Virus record (IMG/VR): IMGVR_UViG_3300031994_000046
Span: 34,658-98,657 of that record
Source of the DNA: a virus
Taxonomy: Duplodnaviria; Caudoviricetes
DNA length: 64,000 nucleotides
Strand: one strand, 5' to 3'
Shown: piece after piece, positions 22,489 through 33,149 of the stretch
How positions within the stretch are numbered: position 1 is the first letter of the stretch
How the letters are laid out: each line of letters opens with the position of its first letter
Notes under the pieces: generated by a model
Told to the model about the DNA's origin: nothing
Databases searched by the model: none
The model's input: the letters and a program-made list of their open reading frames with translations, nothing else
Made by a program: the position numbers and the translations under genes

Positions 22489-23190
22489 ATGAAATCACAC
22501 GTTTTCTATAATAATAATTATAATAATAATAGTGGGTTCTTTCCTGATAATGGTGTTGTAATAAAAGGAGTAAGATTCCATGATTTCTCTTATATGTATA
22601 AAGATGTCAAGGCTGTTAATGGGCCTATCATATCTACATTAAGTGAAGCTGCTGTTACTCCAACTAGTGCTCAGATACAACAAGCATTAAAAGACTATGA
22701 AAATGGTATATCAAATATAGATCATATGAATAAGATCTATAGTATGATGTGGACAAACTGGAATGGTGCAGAAATAACTAAAGGTGATTTTGCAACTGGT
22801 GAAAACTATTTAATAAGTGATACTCCAGAATTCTTATCAATATTCAATGCAATATCAACTGCTGTATATGATGAAATCATTTATAAGAATACATTTTTAG
22901 ATAGAATTAAACGTCAGAAAGCAATAACGCAAACAGTTACTTCTACACGTGCATTATCTAATGTTGGTAAGGTTATTGATAATAAAGAAATCATTAATGT
23001 TATATATGTCAATTCAACTGCTAATGAAGTATTCTTAACAATTGAAAACAATATTACAGTTACTGACAATAACACTTGTAAATTCAAAGTACCAAATGGA
23101 ACACAACTTGCAATAACAATACAACCGTATGGGTTTGGTGAGATAAGTTATCTAAGATATGATAATACAATATATGCAAGAGGAATATAA
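22489..23190 (+). CDS. putative tail-associated protein (paralog 2)
   Basis: Tandem paralog of 21784-22455; ATG at 22489. Confidence 0.65.
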   Translation: MKSHVFYNNNYNNNSGFFPDNGVVIKGVRFHDFSYMYKDVKAVNGPIISTLSEAAVTPTSAQIQQALKDYENGISNIDHMNKIYSMMWTNWNGAEITKGDFATGENYLISDTPEFLSIFNAISTAVYDEIIYKNTFLDRIKRQKAITQTVTSTRALSNVGKVIDNKEIINVIYVNSTANEVFLTIENNITVTDNNTCKFKVPNGTQLAITIQPYGFGEISYLRYDNTIYARGI

Positions 23191-23192
23191 AA

Positions 23193-23224
23193 TATAGGAG
23201 CAAATCAAATTGCTCCTATTTTTT
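23193..23224 (+). terminator. intrinsic terminator
   Basis: ATAGGAGCAA/TTGCTCCTAT hairpin followed by T-run. Confidence 0.75.
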
Positions 23225-23278
23225 GATAGATAGTTTTATACCTATTTTTATTTTTAATTAAATTAATGAATAAGTGAT

Positions 23279-23740
23279 ATGCTTGATTATAAAATACTTG
23301 ATAGTAAACAGATTGTTAAACGAAATGGTGAAGAATTTATAGACTTACTTGGTGAAGTCTTAGATAAGTCAGCAGCTGTTCAAGGATATCCTTTGATTAT
23401 TAATAAGTATTATGTTGGTAGACCGGATTTAGTTTCATTAGCTTTATATGGGGATGACAAATATGGAGACATAATATGTAAGTTGAATGGAATAAGCAAT
23501 CCATTTGAAATGAATGAAGATGATATTATATTCGTACCATCTATAAGTTATATAACTAATGCAGTACATAAAGCATCAAATGATAGTGATTTCATTGATG
23601 ATGATGCATCAACTTATTTAGAAATAACAAGTTCTAAAAACTATCAAAAACGTAAGAATGAACGTAGATCACCTAATCAACAGATTGTTGGTGAATCAAA
23701 TTATATTATAGACAAATCTAACGGTATTGTCTTCTATTAA
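23279..23740 (+). CDS. baseplate wedge protein (T4 gp53-like, LysM-like)
   Basis: RPDLVSLALYG...IICKLNGISNPF motif. Confidence 0.75.
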   Translation: MLDYKILDSKQIVKRNGEEFIDLLGEVLDKSAAVQGYPLIINKYYVGRPDLVSLALYGDDKYGDIICKLNGISNPFEMNEDDIIFVPSISYITNAVHKASNDSDFIDDDASTYLEITSSKNYQKRKNERRSPNQQIVGESNYIIDKSNGIVFY

Positions 23741-23758
23741 AATGTATTAATTATAATT

Positions 23759-25627
23759 ATGGCATATACAGCTAAAGCACGCGGATTTACTTGGGTAGTT
23801 ACTGATGAAAATGGTAATTATATAATTGAAATAGCAAGAAGTAAGGGATCTAAAGAAGAATTAAAAAAAAATCTAGGAGTTGAAATTAATTTTGAAGGTT
23901 ATGAATTTGGTGAAGAACCAACTGGTGAATCAGAACCAACAAGCGAAGTAGAACCAACAGGCGAAACAGAACCAACAAGTGAAGCAGAACCAAAACAAGA
24001 AGAACAAAAACAAGAAGAACAAAAACAAGAAGACAATACAAATAAAAAAGAACCTAAGAAGCCTTCAAATAATAAAGCATCTGGTGGTAAAGGTTCAAAT
24101 TATACAGATCCTCAAGTAATATTTGATCCAAATATTCCATCTAGTATTATAACTCGTAAATATTGGGGTGTAAGCTATAGATATGATAAGACTGAAGATG
24201 ATATGGAATCATCTCCAAATAATGAATATAATACATTAAAGATAGATGGTATAGAATATCCATTGGTTGTTATCAATACACATACTGTTGAACAACGTGA
24301 CATATTATATATGGCAGTAAAGTTTACTAATTTTTTACCAGAAATAGAAATAACAATAATGGATGCTTTACAGTCTGAACAGAAACTAGAAACAACACAG
24401 ATGAGTGGTAATATAGAGATTGCAATTGTTCCTCGTGCAAAAGATACATATAAATCAATTAAAATTCATTTTAGTATTGATTCTGTGACTGTAGATACTA
24501 TTGATCCTTGTAAAATCACATATTTTGGAACATATGATGCAGAACAGTTTAGACAAGTGAATACTGGATTCTTGAAGAAGGATAATACGAAAGCAAACTT
24601 ATATGAATTATTATATGTAATTGCTCAAAAGACAGGATTAGGATTTGCTGCAACAGAAGAAACTGAAAATATTGAAGATAGAGTATTACGAAATATATTT
24701 ACACAAAGATATCCAGATTATATAAAAAGCCAGTTGAAATTTGCTGGATGTGATGAAGATAGTATATTAGATGCATGGGTAGATCCTTATAGTTATATTG
24801 TATTAGTCAATATGTCTTGGGTATTAAGTCAAGAATTAAAACCAGAAGACTTAACAATAGTCGCTGTCAAAGGATTCCCAAGTACTGACCGTGATGTACC
24901 TGATCCTGAACCAGAAGAGACATCTAGAATATTGACTAATTTCAATAGGATGCCTACATGGTCAAATCTTCAAATTAAATCATATAGTATGATTGTTAAT
25001 AATGATGCAGTATATAATGGAACAACAGAACGAATATATACAGTCAACTGGGATAGTTCCAATGCTACATTATTGAATACATTAGATATTCAGACAAAAC
25101 AGAATTCTGTTGATGGTGAATATACAAAAGATTATGATACTGGATTCAATAGACCAATACCAGTATATAATTTCAATGATGATGACTATGATTTGAATAT
25201 TCAAAAGATAATAAGAAAACATTATTTTAACAAAAGAAGACAACAGATTTTGAAAGTAAAACTGGCTCAACCAAATTTAGGGTTACAACGTGGAACATTA
25301 GTAACAATATCAATATTTGAACAGAATTCTCAATTGAAAGAAATAATGATGTCAAATGAACCTAATGTTTTTGGTGATCAAGGAGATAAAAAACCACCAA
25401 TGACAACAGAAGATGATCATGATTTAACAGATATTGATATATTAACATCAGAAGGAATAATGTTTCCTAATGTAAAACTTAGTGATATATATTATATAGA
25501 TGGAATTGTTTTTGAATATTCATTATCTGTTGGTGAAATAGAACAGACATTGTATTTAATCAAACAAGGTAAGACATCAGGATATCATAATGCCCATACA
25601 AAAGTAAGAATGGATGATCAAATATGA
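23759..25627 (+). CDS. putative baseplate hub/tail protein
   Basis: 622 aa next to gp53-like gene; N-terminal low-complexity linker. Confidence 0.5.
   Translation: MAYTAKARGFTWVVTDENGNYIIEIARSKGSKEELKKNLGVEINFEGYEFGEEPTGESEPTSEVEPTGETEPTSEAEPKQEEQKQEEQKQEDNTNKKEPKKPSNNKASGGKGSNYTDPQVIFDPNIPSSIITRKYWGVSYRYDKTEDDMESSPNNEYNTLKIDGIEYPLVVINTHTVEQRDILYMAVKFTNFLPEIEITIMDALQSEQKLETTQMSGNIEIAIVPRAKDTYKSIKIHFSIDSVTVDTIDPCKITYFGTYDAEQFRQVNTGFLKKDNTKANLYELLYVIAQKTGLGFAATEETENIEDRVLRNIFTQRYPDYIKSQLKFAGCDEDSILDAWVDPYSYIVLVNMSWVLSQELKPEDLTIVAVKGFPSTDRDVPDPEPEETSRILTNFNRMPTWSNLQIKSYSMIVNNDAVYNGTTERIYTVNWDSSNATLLNTLDIQTKQNSVDGEYTKDYDTGFNRPIPVYNFNDDDYDLNIQKIIRKHYFNKRRQQILKVKLAQPNLGLQRGTLVTISIFEQNSQLKEIMMSNEPNVFGDQGDKKPPMTTEDDHDLTDIDILTSEGIMFPNVKLSDIYYIDGIVFEYSLSVGEIEQTLYLIKQGKTSGYHNAHTKVRMDDQI
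23912..24033 (+). repeat. coding tandem repeats (18 bp EPT(G/S)Ex; 15 bp KQEEQ)
   Basis: gaaccaac... units x4-5 and aaacaagaagaacaa units x2-3. Confidence 0.85.
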
Positions 25628-26697
25628 AACACTACGAATCAATATCAGAATATAATGACGTATTATATGAATCTAAACCTGTCGCTTTAAATGATTATTT
25701 GAGCGATAAATATAATATTGTGCATAATGAATTGTATAATGATGCTTTAGATAAATATCTTAAAGAATTATTGTCATCTTATGTAAATGGAAAACTATTA
25801 TATAATTTATTCAAATATTTAAGTGGGTATACATCTGAAAAACAAATGCTTAATGATATAATTAATCTTAATGATGGAAACTACATAATGAATATGATAT
25901 CTAATTATGAATTATCAACAGATGTGTTATCACCAATATTTAATCTTATAACAAAATATCTTAATAATATTAAGAATCTAATTATTAATAATGTTAAGTT
26001 TGAACATATAGATTTAATAAACAATATATCTGAAATCATTAAGCTTACATTAGGAGACATATCTGATTTTAGAATCTCTATTGAAGATTCTGTATTGTTA
26101 ATATCTGAAGATGGTGAAGACTATATAGAATCAGAAATTAATGGTGATGATAGTTTCTTCATATTATTAGAAAATGAATATGGAATACTTAATATTGGTT
26201 TTAATAGTAATGGGGAAATGAAAATTGAAATCAAAGCAGAAGAATATTTTTATAAGAATTTAGATGCCGCAGAGATATCAAATACAATAATGAAAACAAA
26301 TAATGAATCTTTATTAGATGAAATTATGAATATCATTATAAAGTATTATAAGAAATCACATCGTATAATTGAAATAAAGAATACTGAATATTGGATGGCA
26401 TCTGATATAATTATATTCAATAACAAACTACCATATCATAAGACAAGAGTAAGTCTTGAAAATTATTGGAATTATTATCAGAAACATGATGAATATGACA
26501 TATCTTACATAAAGATGTCAAAAGAGAACAATATTAGTGATTCAGAAGTTTCCGAAATTGATTATGTAAAAGGTAAAGCCGGAATGCATGCAAAAATTGC
26601 AAATATGGATTACAATGTTCCTTTTAAATATTTAAATGAACGTTCTAAATTAAGTGACGAAATATCACTTCAAAATACATTCACTATAAATTTATAA
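25624..26697 (+). CDS. hypothetical protein
   Basis: 357 aa ORF, ATGA overlap. Confidence 0.7.
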   Translation: MKHYESISEYNDVLYESKPVALNDYLSDKYNIVHNELYNDALDKYLKELLSSYVNGKLLYNLFKYLSGYTSEKQMLNDIINLNDGNYIMNMISNYELSTDVLSPIFNLITKYLNNIKNLIINNVKFEHIDLINNISEIIKLTLGDISDFRISIEDSVLLISEDGEDYIESEINGDDSFFILLENEYGILNIGFNSNGEMKIEIKAEEYFYKNLDAAEISNTIMKTNNESLLDEIMNIIIKYYKKSHRIIEIKNTEYWMASDIIIFNNKLPYHKTRVSLENYWNYYQKHDEYDISYIKMSKENNISDSEVSEIDYVKGKAGMHAKIANMDYNVPFKYLNERSKLSDEISLQNTFTINL

Positions 26698-26706
26698 ATT
26701 TGATTT

Positions 26707-28863
26707 ATGGGATTTTTAACTCAACTTGGAAAAACAGTAGCTAACGCAGCTAAAGAAGAAATAAGAGGTGGTATTGTGTCAGGATTTCTAAAAGGTACTG
26801 GTAGAAATTCTGCAAATGGTATGGTTAACTATAATGATTATGAGTATGATGCCAATGGTAGAATAAAAGGAATCAATAAAAGTGCAGTTCAAGAAATAAG
26901 TGCAAAATATGGAGGGGATGATGGAAATGGTTATTATTCATCAGGTTCCGGTTTAGTAAATGTAGAATCTAGAAAAAACTTATCTCCAAATACAGTTAAT
27001 ACATTTGGTACTACATTAATTCCTAATGAAAAAAGTTCAAAAAATAAATATTCACAATTAACTGGTGATAATACTTTTGGTAAAAGCACGGAAAAAAAAT
27101 TCGTACCTCCAGAATGGGATAAACCAATAACTCAAGGTGGTAAGTTGAAAGAAGGTACAGGAAAAGATGTAGAATTAGGTTCAAAATTACAAAAAATAAA
27201 TTTGAATGAAAATTTACCTGCATTAGAAGATAACTTTGGTAATGATACATATAAATTAAAGTTACCTTCATGGGGTTATGAAGACTTCATTAATGAACGT
27301 GCTATTTGGCAGAAACAGATAGGTAGTGCATTCAATGATCCTGCTTGGTTTTATTTTAAATTATTCTTTGATTTTGATACTGGACATGGTCTTTTAGGTG
27401 GACTACTTAATAGAGATAATTTTAAAAACAGTACAAACACTGCAGCAAAATATCTTTATTATTGTAAAGATATGTATAGAGATGAAAACACAGAAAAAAG
27501 AATTACTGCATTATATAAATTCGCTTCTATATTAAGTTATATATGTTCTAATGCTCCATGGTTCTTCAAAGGTGTAAAAGGAATGGATAAACTATCAATT
27601 CCTTCAATTAAAGAATATTCTCAAGAACGTTCAATAGAGATTGAATTAGCACCTGATGCTATAGATATGCGTCTTACAACATTGATGTCTTTATATAAAT
27701 ATGCATGTTACGATGACTATAATCATAAAGAAGTGATTCCTGAAAACTTGCGTAAGTTCAATATGTCTATAGTTGTCTTTCAAGCACCATTAAGATACTT
27801 ACATACATCATTTACAACTAATAAGAAAGTGAATGCATTTGGTATAGATGTAAATGGATTAGCTGGTGGATTAGGTGGTAAATTACTTAATAATGTTGAT
27901 AAAGGTAAAATGAATTATAAGTCTATCAATAGTCAGAATTATGGAGATAGAATGTCATTTAAGATTTATACATTATATGGGTGTGAATTCGATATGGAGT
28001 CTTTTGCACAGATAATTCCAGGTGAAATGACAAATGAACAGCCATTCCAGATGGGAAATACATCTATAAAGATCACATATACACATTGTGTTGAACATTC
28101 AATGAACGAATTCTATCAGATTATGTATGGATCTAACGGATTCTTCTTCAATAATTATTCAAACTACCAGAATAGTAATGATAATAAGATTCCTGAAGCA
28201 ATACAAAAACAACAAGAAAGATACCAGACATTAAGAGATGTATTAGAGAATGCGCATAGTGGTGGTACAGTACTTGGTATGTTCAATAAACCAACTTCTT
28301 ACAAACAAGCTGTTGATGCTACTGAAGCTGTTATGAATGGTATGTTTGAAAGTAATGATTTATTAGGAGACTTAGGAACAAACTATATATTAGGTCTTTT
28401 AGGATCTTCACAGAATACAGATGCTCCACAAGGAAATATATATGGAGATGTTGGTATAGGATCTGCTTATTTCAAAGATAAGTTAGAAATGCTAAAGAAT
28501 GGTGTTCATGAAAATACAATGCCACCTTATAAGTATGATCCTGAAAACAATCCTATATATGAAAGAGGTAGACCAGCAAATGAATATTCTGCATACGATT
28601 GGTATAATAAGAAAAACCAATTAAATAACTTCACATATGATATTGGTTCTTATCTTAAACGTGGGGCTTCTAAAGCAGGTAGTGATACTAATGACAATAT
28701 AAGAAAACTTGTACAATCTGGTTATAGTTCTTTATTTACTGATAATGTAAAATCTGGAAATACTCGTGAACCATATAATTATCAGATTGAAAATTCAAAA
28801 GCTGACGAAAGCTGGCGACAACCAAATCCATGGTCAAATGAAAAAAAATACAACGACAAATAA
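26707..28863 (+). CDS. putative tail/baseplate structural protein
   Basis: 718 aa, Gly-rich segments, context. Confidence 0.5.
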   Translation: MGFLTQLGKTVANAAKEEIRGGIVSGFLKGTGRNSANGMVNYNDYEYDANGRIKGINKSAVQEISAKYGGDDGNGYYSSGSGLVNVESRKNLSPNTVNTFGTTLIPNEKSSKNKYSQLTGDNTFGKSTEKKFVPPEWDKPITQGGKLKEGTGKDVELGSKLQKINLNENLPALEDNFGNDTYKLKLPSWGYEDFINERAIWQKQIGSAFNDPAWFYFKLFFDFDTGHGLLGGLLNRDNFKNSTNTAAKYLYYCKDMYRDENTEKRITALYKFASILSYICSNAPWFFKGVKGMDKLSIPSIKEYSQERSIEIELAPDAIDMRLTTLMSLYKYACYDDYNHKEVIPENLRKFNMSIVVFQAPLRYLHTSFTTNKKVNAFGIDVNGLAGGLGGKLLNNVDKGKMNYKSINSQNYGDRMSFKIYTLYGCEFDMESFAQIIPGEMTNEQPFQMGNTSIKITYTHCVEHSMNEFYQIMYGSNGFFFNNYSNYQNSNDNKIPEAIQKQQERYQTLRDVLENAHSGGTVLGMFNKPTSYKQAVDATEAVMNGMFESNDLLGDLGTNYILGLLGSSQNTDAPQGNIYGDVGIGSAYFKDKLEMLKNGVHENTMPPYKYDPENNPIYERGRPANEYSAYDWYNKKNQLNNFTYDIGSYLKRGASKAGSDTNDNIRKLVQSGYSSLFTDNVKSGNTREPYNYQIENSKADESWRQPNPWSNEKKYNDK

Positions 28864-28898
28864 AAAAAGGAATTCTTAATGAATTCCTTTTATTTTTT
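28862..28898. terminator. bidirectional terminator
   Basis: AAAAGGAATTC/GAATTCCTTTT between convergent genes. Confidence 0.75.
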
Positions 28899-29187
28899 AA
28901 TGATTTTCTAATGCAGTAATTCGTTGTTCCAATTCTTTAATTCTAGACATTGGACATGCAATTTCCATTATGTTTCCATTACTATCTGAAAGCCATAATG
29001 ATGCAGAATCTGGTATATCAATACCTTCATTTGTCTGAGGCACAGATATTATTAATGAATTTGTAATAGTCAATGATTTGTTCTTATTCACTATAAAATT
29101 CATTATATCTGTTTCTGATGCATTAGCTATGACTACATTTAATTGTTTTCCAAATGAATCTAATTTGTTTCCTATAGTAGTTTCCAT
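28897..29187 (-). CDS. hypothetical protein
   Basis: 96 aa ORF. Confidence 0.65.
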   Translation of the reverse strand: METTIGNKLDSFGKQLNVVIANASETDIMNFIVNKNKSLTITNSLIISVPQTNEGIDIPDSASLWLSDSNGNIMEIACPMSRIKELEQRITALENH

Positions 29188-29190
29188 ATA

Positions 29191-30393
29191 TTATTCTATT
29201 TTATATTTTGATAAATCAACTTCTTCTACAGTACCATCATCTCTATGATCTATGAATATCTTATTTACATATTTATCATATTCAATATGAACATCTTTAC
29301 GAGCATTGACTAATGTTATCACTTTAATTAAATCATAATAATCTATTTCTAAATCATTATTCATATCCATGTCTTCATTATAATGTTCATACTTAATATT
29401 TTCTAACATCTTAATGATATCTTCTTTATCGAAATGACCATCTTTATTAATATCTAATTTCTTAAGTATGTTCTCTTCATCATGATCTATCACTTCTTGA
29501 GACTGGTCTTTATATGTATTAAGTTCTAATCCCATATCTTCATAACCATCTGTCTGGTCACCAAGAATATTTCCTCTTCTGTCAACATCAGTAACAGTTG
29601 GATCTGATGCTCTATTCCTTTCAGATGCCTGATAATCTATATTATTGTTATTATCATCTATATCATCATGAATGACTACATTAGAACCAAATATTGCAAT
29701 AACCTTATCTGTAGGTATTTCTGCACGTTCATTAATAATAGGATAATTTGTGCATATCTTAAAATCTAATGTTATGTTTCTTTGTGTTGGTTCTGGAGAT
29801 GTCATATCAATCTTATTCAATTCTGGATTTGCATTACCAGGGAATTCTATAGAACATTGAATCTCTTGTCCAAGATATGCAATCTTGTAATATTTCTGGA
29901 ATATTATCTTATCAATCAACTCTTGTAACAATATGATTGTTTCATTGAAATTTGAAAGATAATATTTTGCATTGATAGTTATCTCTATTGGTAATCTACG
30001 TATTTCTGAATTATATCCACATATAAGATTACCTGTCTTTCTTTCATAGTATCCTCTTGAATATGGAGAAGACAACTCTTCAGTTGGAATATTGATATCT
30101 GTCATCTCTATTATACATCTTGGTAATGTCATATACATAGTATCTTCTCCAGTTGTTTCCGCTACATTATATTCATAACCATTAGATTCCATATATAGAT
30201 ATGATGAACCAGTATTGAATATGAAATGATTTATTGACTCATTATAAAGAACGATATTTCTATTAAGCCAAGACAATAGACCTTTGATGACTAAGGCAAA
30301 GAATCTTTCATCTCTATTATATAAATCATTAAATTTCTCTTCATTCCAAGGTCTTACCCAAGGTTCAACTTCTCTATTAAAAACATTATCCAT
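29191..30393 (-). CDS. tail terminator/sheath stabiliser (T4 gp15-like) with C-terminal EF-hand/dockerin-like repeats
   Basis: LPR and PI.I.I.....Q..D pattern of gp15 family; DINKDGHFDKED and DMNNDLEIDYYD loops. Confidence 0.6.
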   Translation of the reverse strand: MDNVFNREVEPWVRPWNEEKFNDLYNRDERFFALVIKGLLSWLNRNIVLYNESINHFIFNTGSSYLYMESNGYEYNVAETTGEDTMYMTLPRCIIEMTDINIPTEELSSPYSRGYYERKTGNLICGYNSEIRRLPIEITINAKYYLSNFNETIILLQELIDKIIFQKYYKIAYLGQEIQCSIEFPGNANPELNKIDMTSPEPTQRNITLDFKICTNYPIINERAEIPTDKVIAIFGSNVVIHDDIDDNNNNIDYQASERNRASDPTVTDVDRRGNILGDQTDGYEDMGLELNTYKDQSQEVIDHDEENILKKLDINKDGHFDKEDIIKMLENIKYEHYNEDMDMNNDLEIDYYDLIKVITLVNARKDVHIEYDKYVNKIFIDHRDDGTVEEVDLSKYKIE

Positions 30394-30482
30394 TCTATAG
30401 TTATATAAATTATATTTAAAAATAATTAGATTTTTTAAATTTTCTTTACTATTTTAATTTAATAAATATATTAGTTGAATAA

Positions 30483-30857
30483 ATGGAAATCATAAACATT
30501 AATGATATTGAAGATCTTATAATAACAAAATATAAGATCGAAACAAAACTTATTGAAGATAATGTGATAGAATCTAAAATGTCAATTCCTGACTTTATAT
30601 CAAAATATACTAATATGAATTATATATATAAAGTAAAGAATTTAATGATTCCTTTTGGATTTAATAGAATATATGATGTTGATTATCTGTTCGTTGTATC
30701 TAATGATGAAAATGAATTAGATCTATTAACAAATAAACTTAAGCTTCTTAGATATAATTTAAATAATATGTCTAAAGTTGATTATTTGTCTTTAATGAAA
30801 AATGAACATTTAGATGAAGAAGATTTTATAATATATAACAACAATTACTATAAATAA
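30483..30857 (+). CDS. hypothetical protein
   Basis: 124 aa ORF. Confidence 0.65.
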   Translation: MEIININDIEDLIITKYKIETKLIEDNVIESKMSIPDFISKYTNMNYIYKVKNLMIPFGFNRIYDVDYLFVVSNDENELDLLTNKLKLLRYNLNNMSKVDYLSLMKNEHLDEEDFIIYNNNYYK

Positions 30858-30878
30858 TGTAAACTTATAAAACATCAT

Positions 30879-30958
30879 GATTCATCCTCTAGAACGGTCA
30901 ATCTAAATTTATTATAAATTATAATACTTTTAGTTTTGAACATTCTAGAGGATGAATC
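30879..30958. repeat. 16 bp perfect inverted repeat
   Basis: GATTCATCCTCTAGAA ... TTCTAGAGGATGAATC between convergent genes. Confidence 0.85.
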
Positions 30959-31031
30959 TAAGCTATCTAGAAGGATTTTAACTACTAAAATCAAATAAAT
31001 ATTTTTTTACAATTATTTTTTACAGTATTGT

Positions 31032-31394
31032 TTATTCTTCTTCAGGATTTTTAATCTTATCTATTGCATCATTAAGTTCACCAACTTTCTTTTCAAAGCT
31101 AGCTGTCTTTTGAGCATAAGATTCATCATTAGTTGATTTTGTAGATTTTCTAATAGTATCAGAGAATTGCTGTAAGATGTCTTGTACAGTATCAAGCTTA
31201 TCTACATTATTTGCATCTACAGTCAATGTAAGTTTGTTATCTTCTATTGTACAACCTTCTTTACCTTCTAATGATTTCAATGTTTCTTCACCATTTTCTA
31301 AATCTTTGAAATCAAAAGAAATAGTTACAGATTCAGCTTCATTAATCTTTTGTTCAACTGCTGCTTCTGAAATGTAATCTGTTAAATGTTTCAT
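31032..31394 (-). CDS. hypothetical protein, putative internal head protein
   Basis: starts MKHLTDYISE. Confidence 0.7.
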   Translation of the reverse strand: MKHLTDYISEAAVEQKINEAESVTISFDFKDLENGEETLKSLEGKEGCTIEDNKLTLTVDANNVDKLDTVQDILQQFSDTIRKSTKSTNDESYAQKTASFEKKVGELNDAIDKIKNPEEE

Positions 31395-31430
31395 GATTAT
31401 AAATTATACGTATATTTATATTTTTATTCT

Positions 31431-31652
31431 TTAAAAATCAGAATTCTTATGTTTATTTTTTCTTGTATATTTACTTCTATCTCTAAAAGTCTTATTATAT
31501 GATATTGGACGTCCGTGTGCTTCTATTTCTTCTTCACGAGAACCACGTTTAAATGCCTTCATACGGTCTTTCATATCTTTAATGTTTCTTGAAGTACATT
31601 CATAAAGATCATCTTCAAGGTAATCATCGATATAATTAGCAATATTCTTCAT
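31431..31652 (-). CDS. hypothetical basic protein
   Basis: 73 aa; basic C-terminus SKYTRKNKHK. Confidence 0.7.
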   Translation of the reverse strand: MKNIANYIDDYLEDDLYECTSRNIKDMKDRMKAFKRGSREEEIEAHGRPISYNKTFRDRSKYTRKNKHKNSDF

Positions 31653-31687
31653 ATTATATAATAATTTATTTGTTTAGATATTTTAAA

Positions 31688-33130
31688 TTAAAAGTTTAAT
31701 AAAGGAAATATTTCTGCAAACTTTTTTCCATAAACATATATCTTATTCTTATTTTCTTCAATTTCATTATTACACACCCATTTAAGTACTTTAATATAAT
31801 TAAGAATAATTCCATAGTTTGAACAATTATTAAGATTTCCAGTATTATTCAATAAATCTCCACAATCATTTGAATTATTCTTATATCCATTATACTTATT
31901 TGTATGTCCACAATTACAAGTTGATGTAGATGTATTACCTAAATTTGATAAATCTATTCCTAATTCTAAGAATTCTTCTAATAATTCTATAAGCATATCT
32001 AATAGCAATGTATTAGGATTTGATTCATCTAATTCTTCATTTTCATTAAACATCCAGCAACAATAGAAATTTGTATCACTGAGCATCTGTATAAGCCATT
32101 GATACATTGCAGCTTTATATTTGTCAATACAAGATGCTGTATCAACAGGAATCACTTCAGTACCTGTATTTATACCAGTTGAACTTGATGATAATGTCGT
32201 TGCACATGTTGACTGTGTTCCACATCCACAAGTAGAATTAACAGATGTTGTATTTATTTCTCCATTAAATATTGTGTTCATCAACACTGTAGCAGCATCA
32301 TACTGTCCATTAGCATAAAAATCAATTACTGCTTTATATATTGCATTGGTACCTAAATTGTAATCATTAAATGTAGTATATCTTTGAATTGTTTGCATAA
32401 ATGTAGAATTCAATGATAACAACTCTTCTTCAGTAAATACATTATCCTTAAGTTTATTCTTAAATATAAGATAATCTATGTTATTGATGTTTTCATTATT
32501 CAATATAGGTTGCCAATAATCATTAATACTAATTCCGTTTTCGTTAATTATTAGATAATCTGGATAAGTTATATCATCTAATGTGATTTCTTCTTCTAAT
32601 GGTTCTTCATCTTCAGGAAGTTCCTCACCTTCTTCAGGTTCTTCAATTTCTTCTTCCTCTTCTTCTAAAGAATCATCATCTGTTTCTAAATTTGAAATTC
32701 TTTCATTTAATTGATTCAATGTTTCAGCAACAACTTCATTACTTTCATTGATATCATTAACTAAAGAATCAATCTTATTATTGATATCTTCAATTTCGTC
32801 ATTATTAACAGTTTCTTCAGAATTATCAAATGGATCTTCTTCAATTGATTCAGTTAACTGGTTAGCTAAAGACTCTGATATATAATATGAATCTATTGGT
32901 GCAAAATTTTCAACACCATTTAATAGAAGATCAATTTTTCCTGCATTATCGTATTCATTAAACTTTGTAATGAATTCATTAATTGCATCTTTATCAATTT
33001 TATCTAAATGAACATATATACAATTATTTATTGAACCATTATATAAAGGAATCAAAAGAAAATATGTGTCTTCATAATCCTTTACAATTATTGATCCATA
33101 AACTTGTAATATAATATCTATATAATTCAT
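31688..33130 (-). CDS. hypothetical acidic, Cys-motif protein
   Basis: 480 aa; poly-E tract, CGCG/CNCG motifs. Confidence 0.75.
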   Translation of the reverse strand: MNYIDIILQVYGSIIVKDYEDTYFLLIPLYNGSINNCIYVHLDKIDKDAINEFITKFNEYDNAGKIDLLLNGVENFAPIDSYYISESLANQLTESIEEDPFDNSEETVNNDEIEDINNKIDSLVNDINESNEVVAETLNQLNERISNLETDDDSLEEEEEEIEEPEEGEELPEDEEPLEEEITLDDITYPDYLIINENGISINDYWQPILNNENINNIDYLIFKNKLKDNVFTEEELLSLNSTFMQTIQRYTTFNDYNLGTNAIYKAVIDFYANGQYDAATVLMNTIFNGEINTTSVNSTCGCGTQSTCATTLSSSSTGINTGTEVIPVDTASCIDKYKAAMYQWLIQMLSDTNFYCCWMFNENEELDESNPNTLLLDMLIELLEEFLELGIDLSNLGNTSTSTCNCGHTNKYNGYKNNSNDCGDLLNNTGNLNNCSNYGIILNYIKVLKWVCNNEIEENKNKIYVYGKKFAEIFPLLNF

Positions 33131-33149
33131 TTTATTTATTTATATAATT

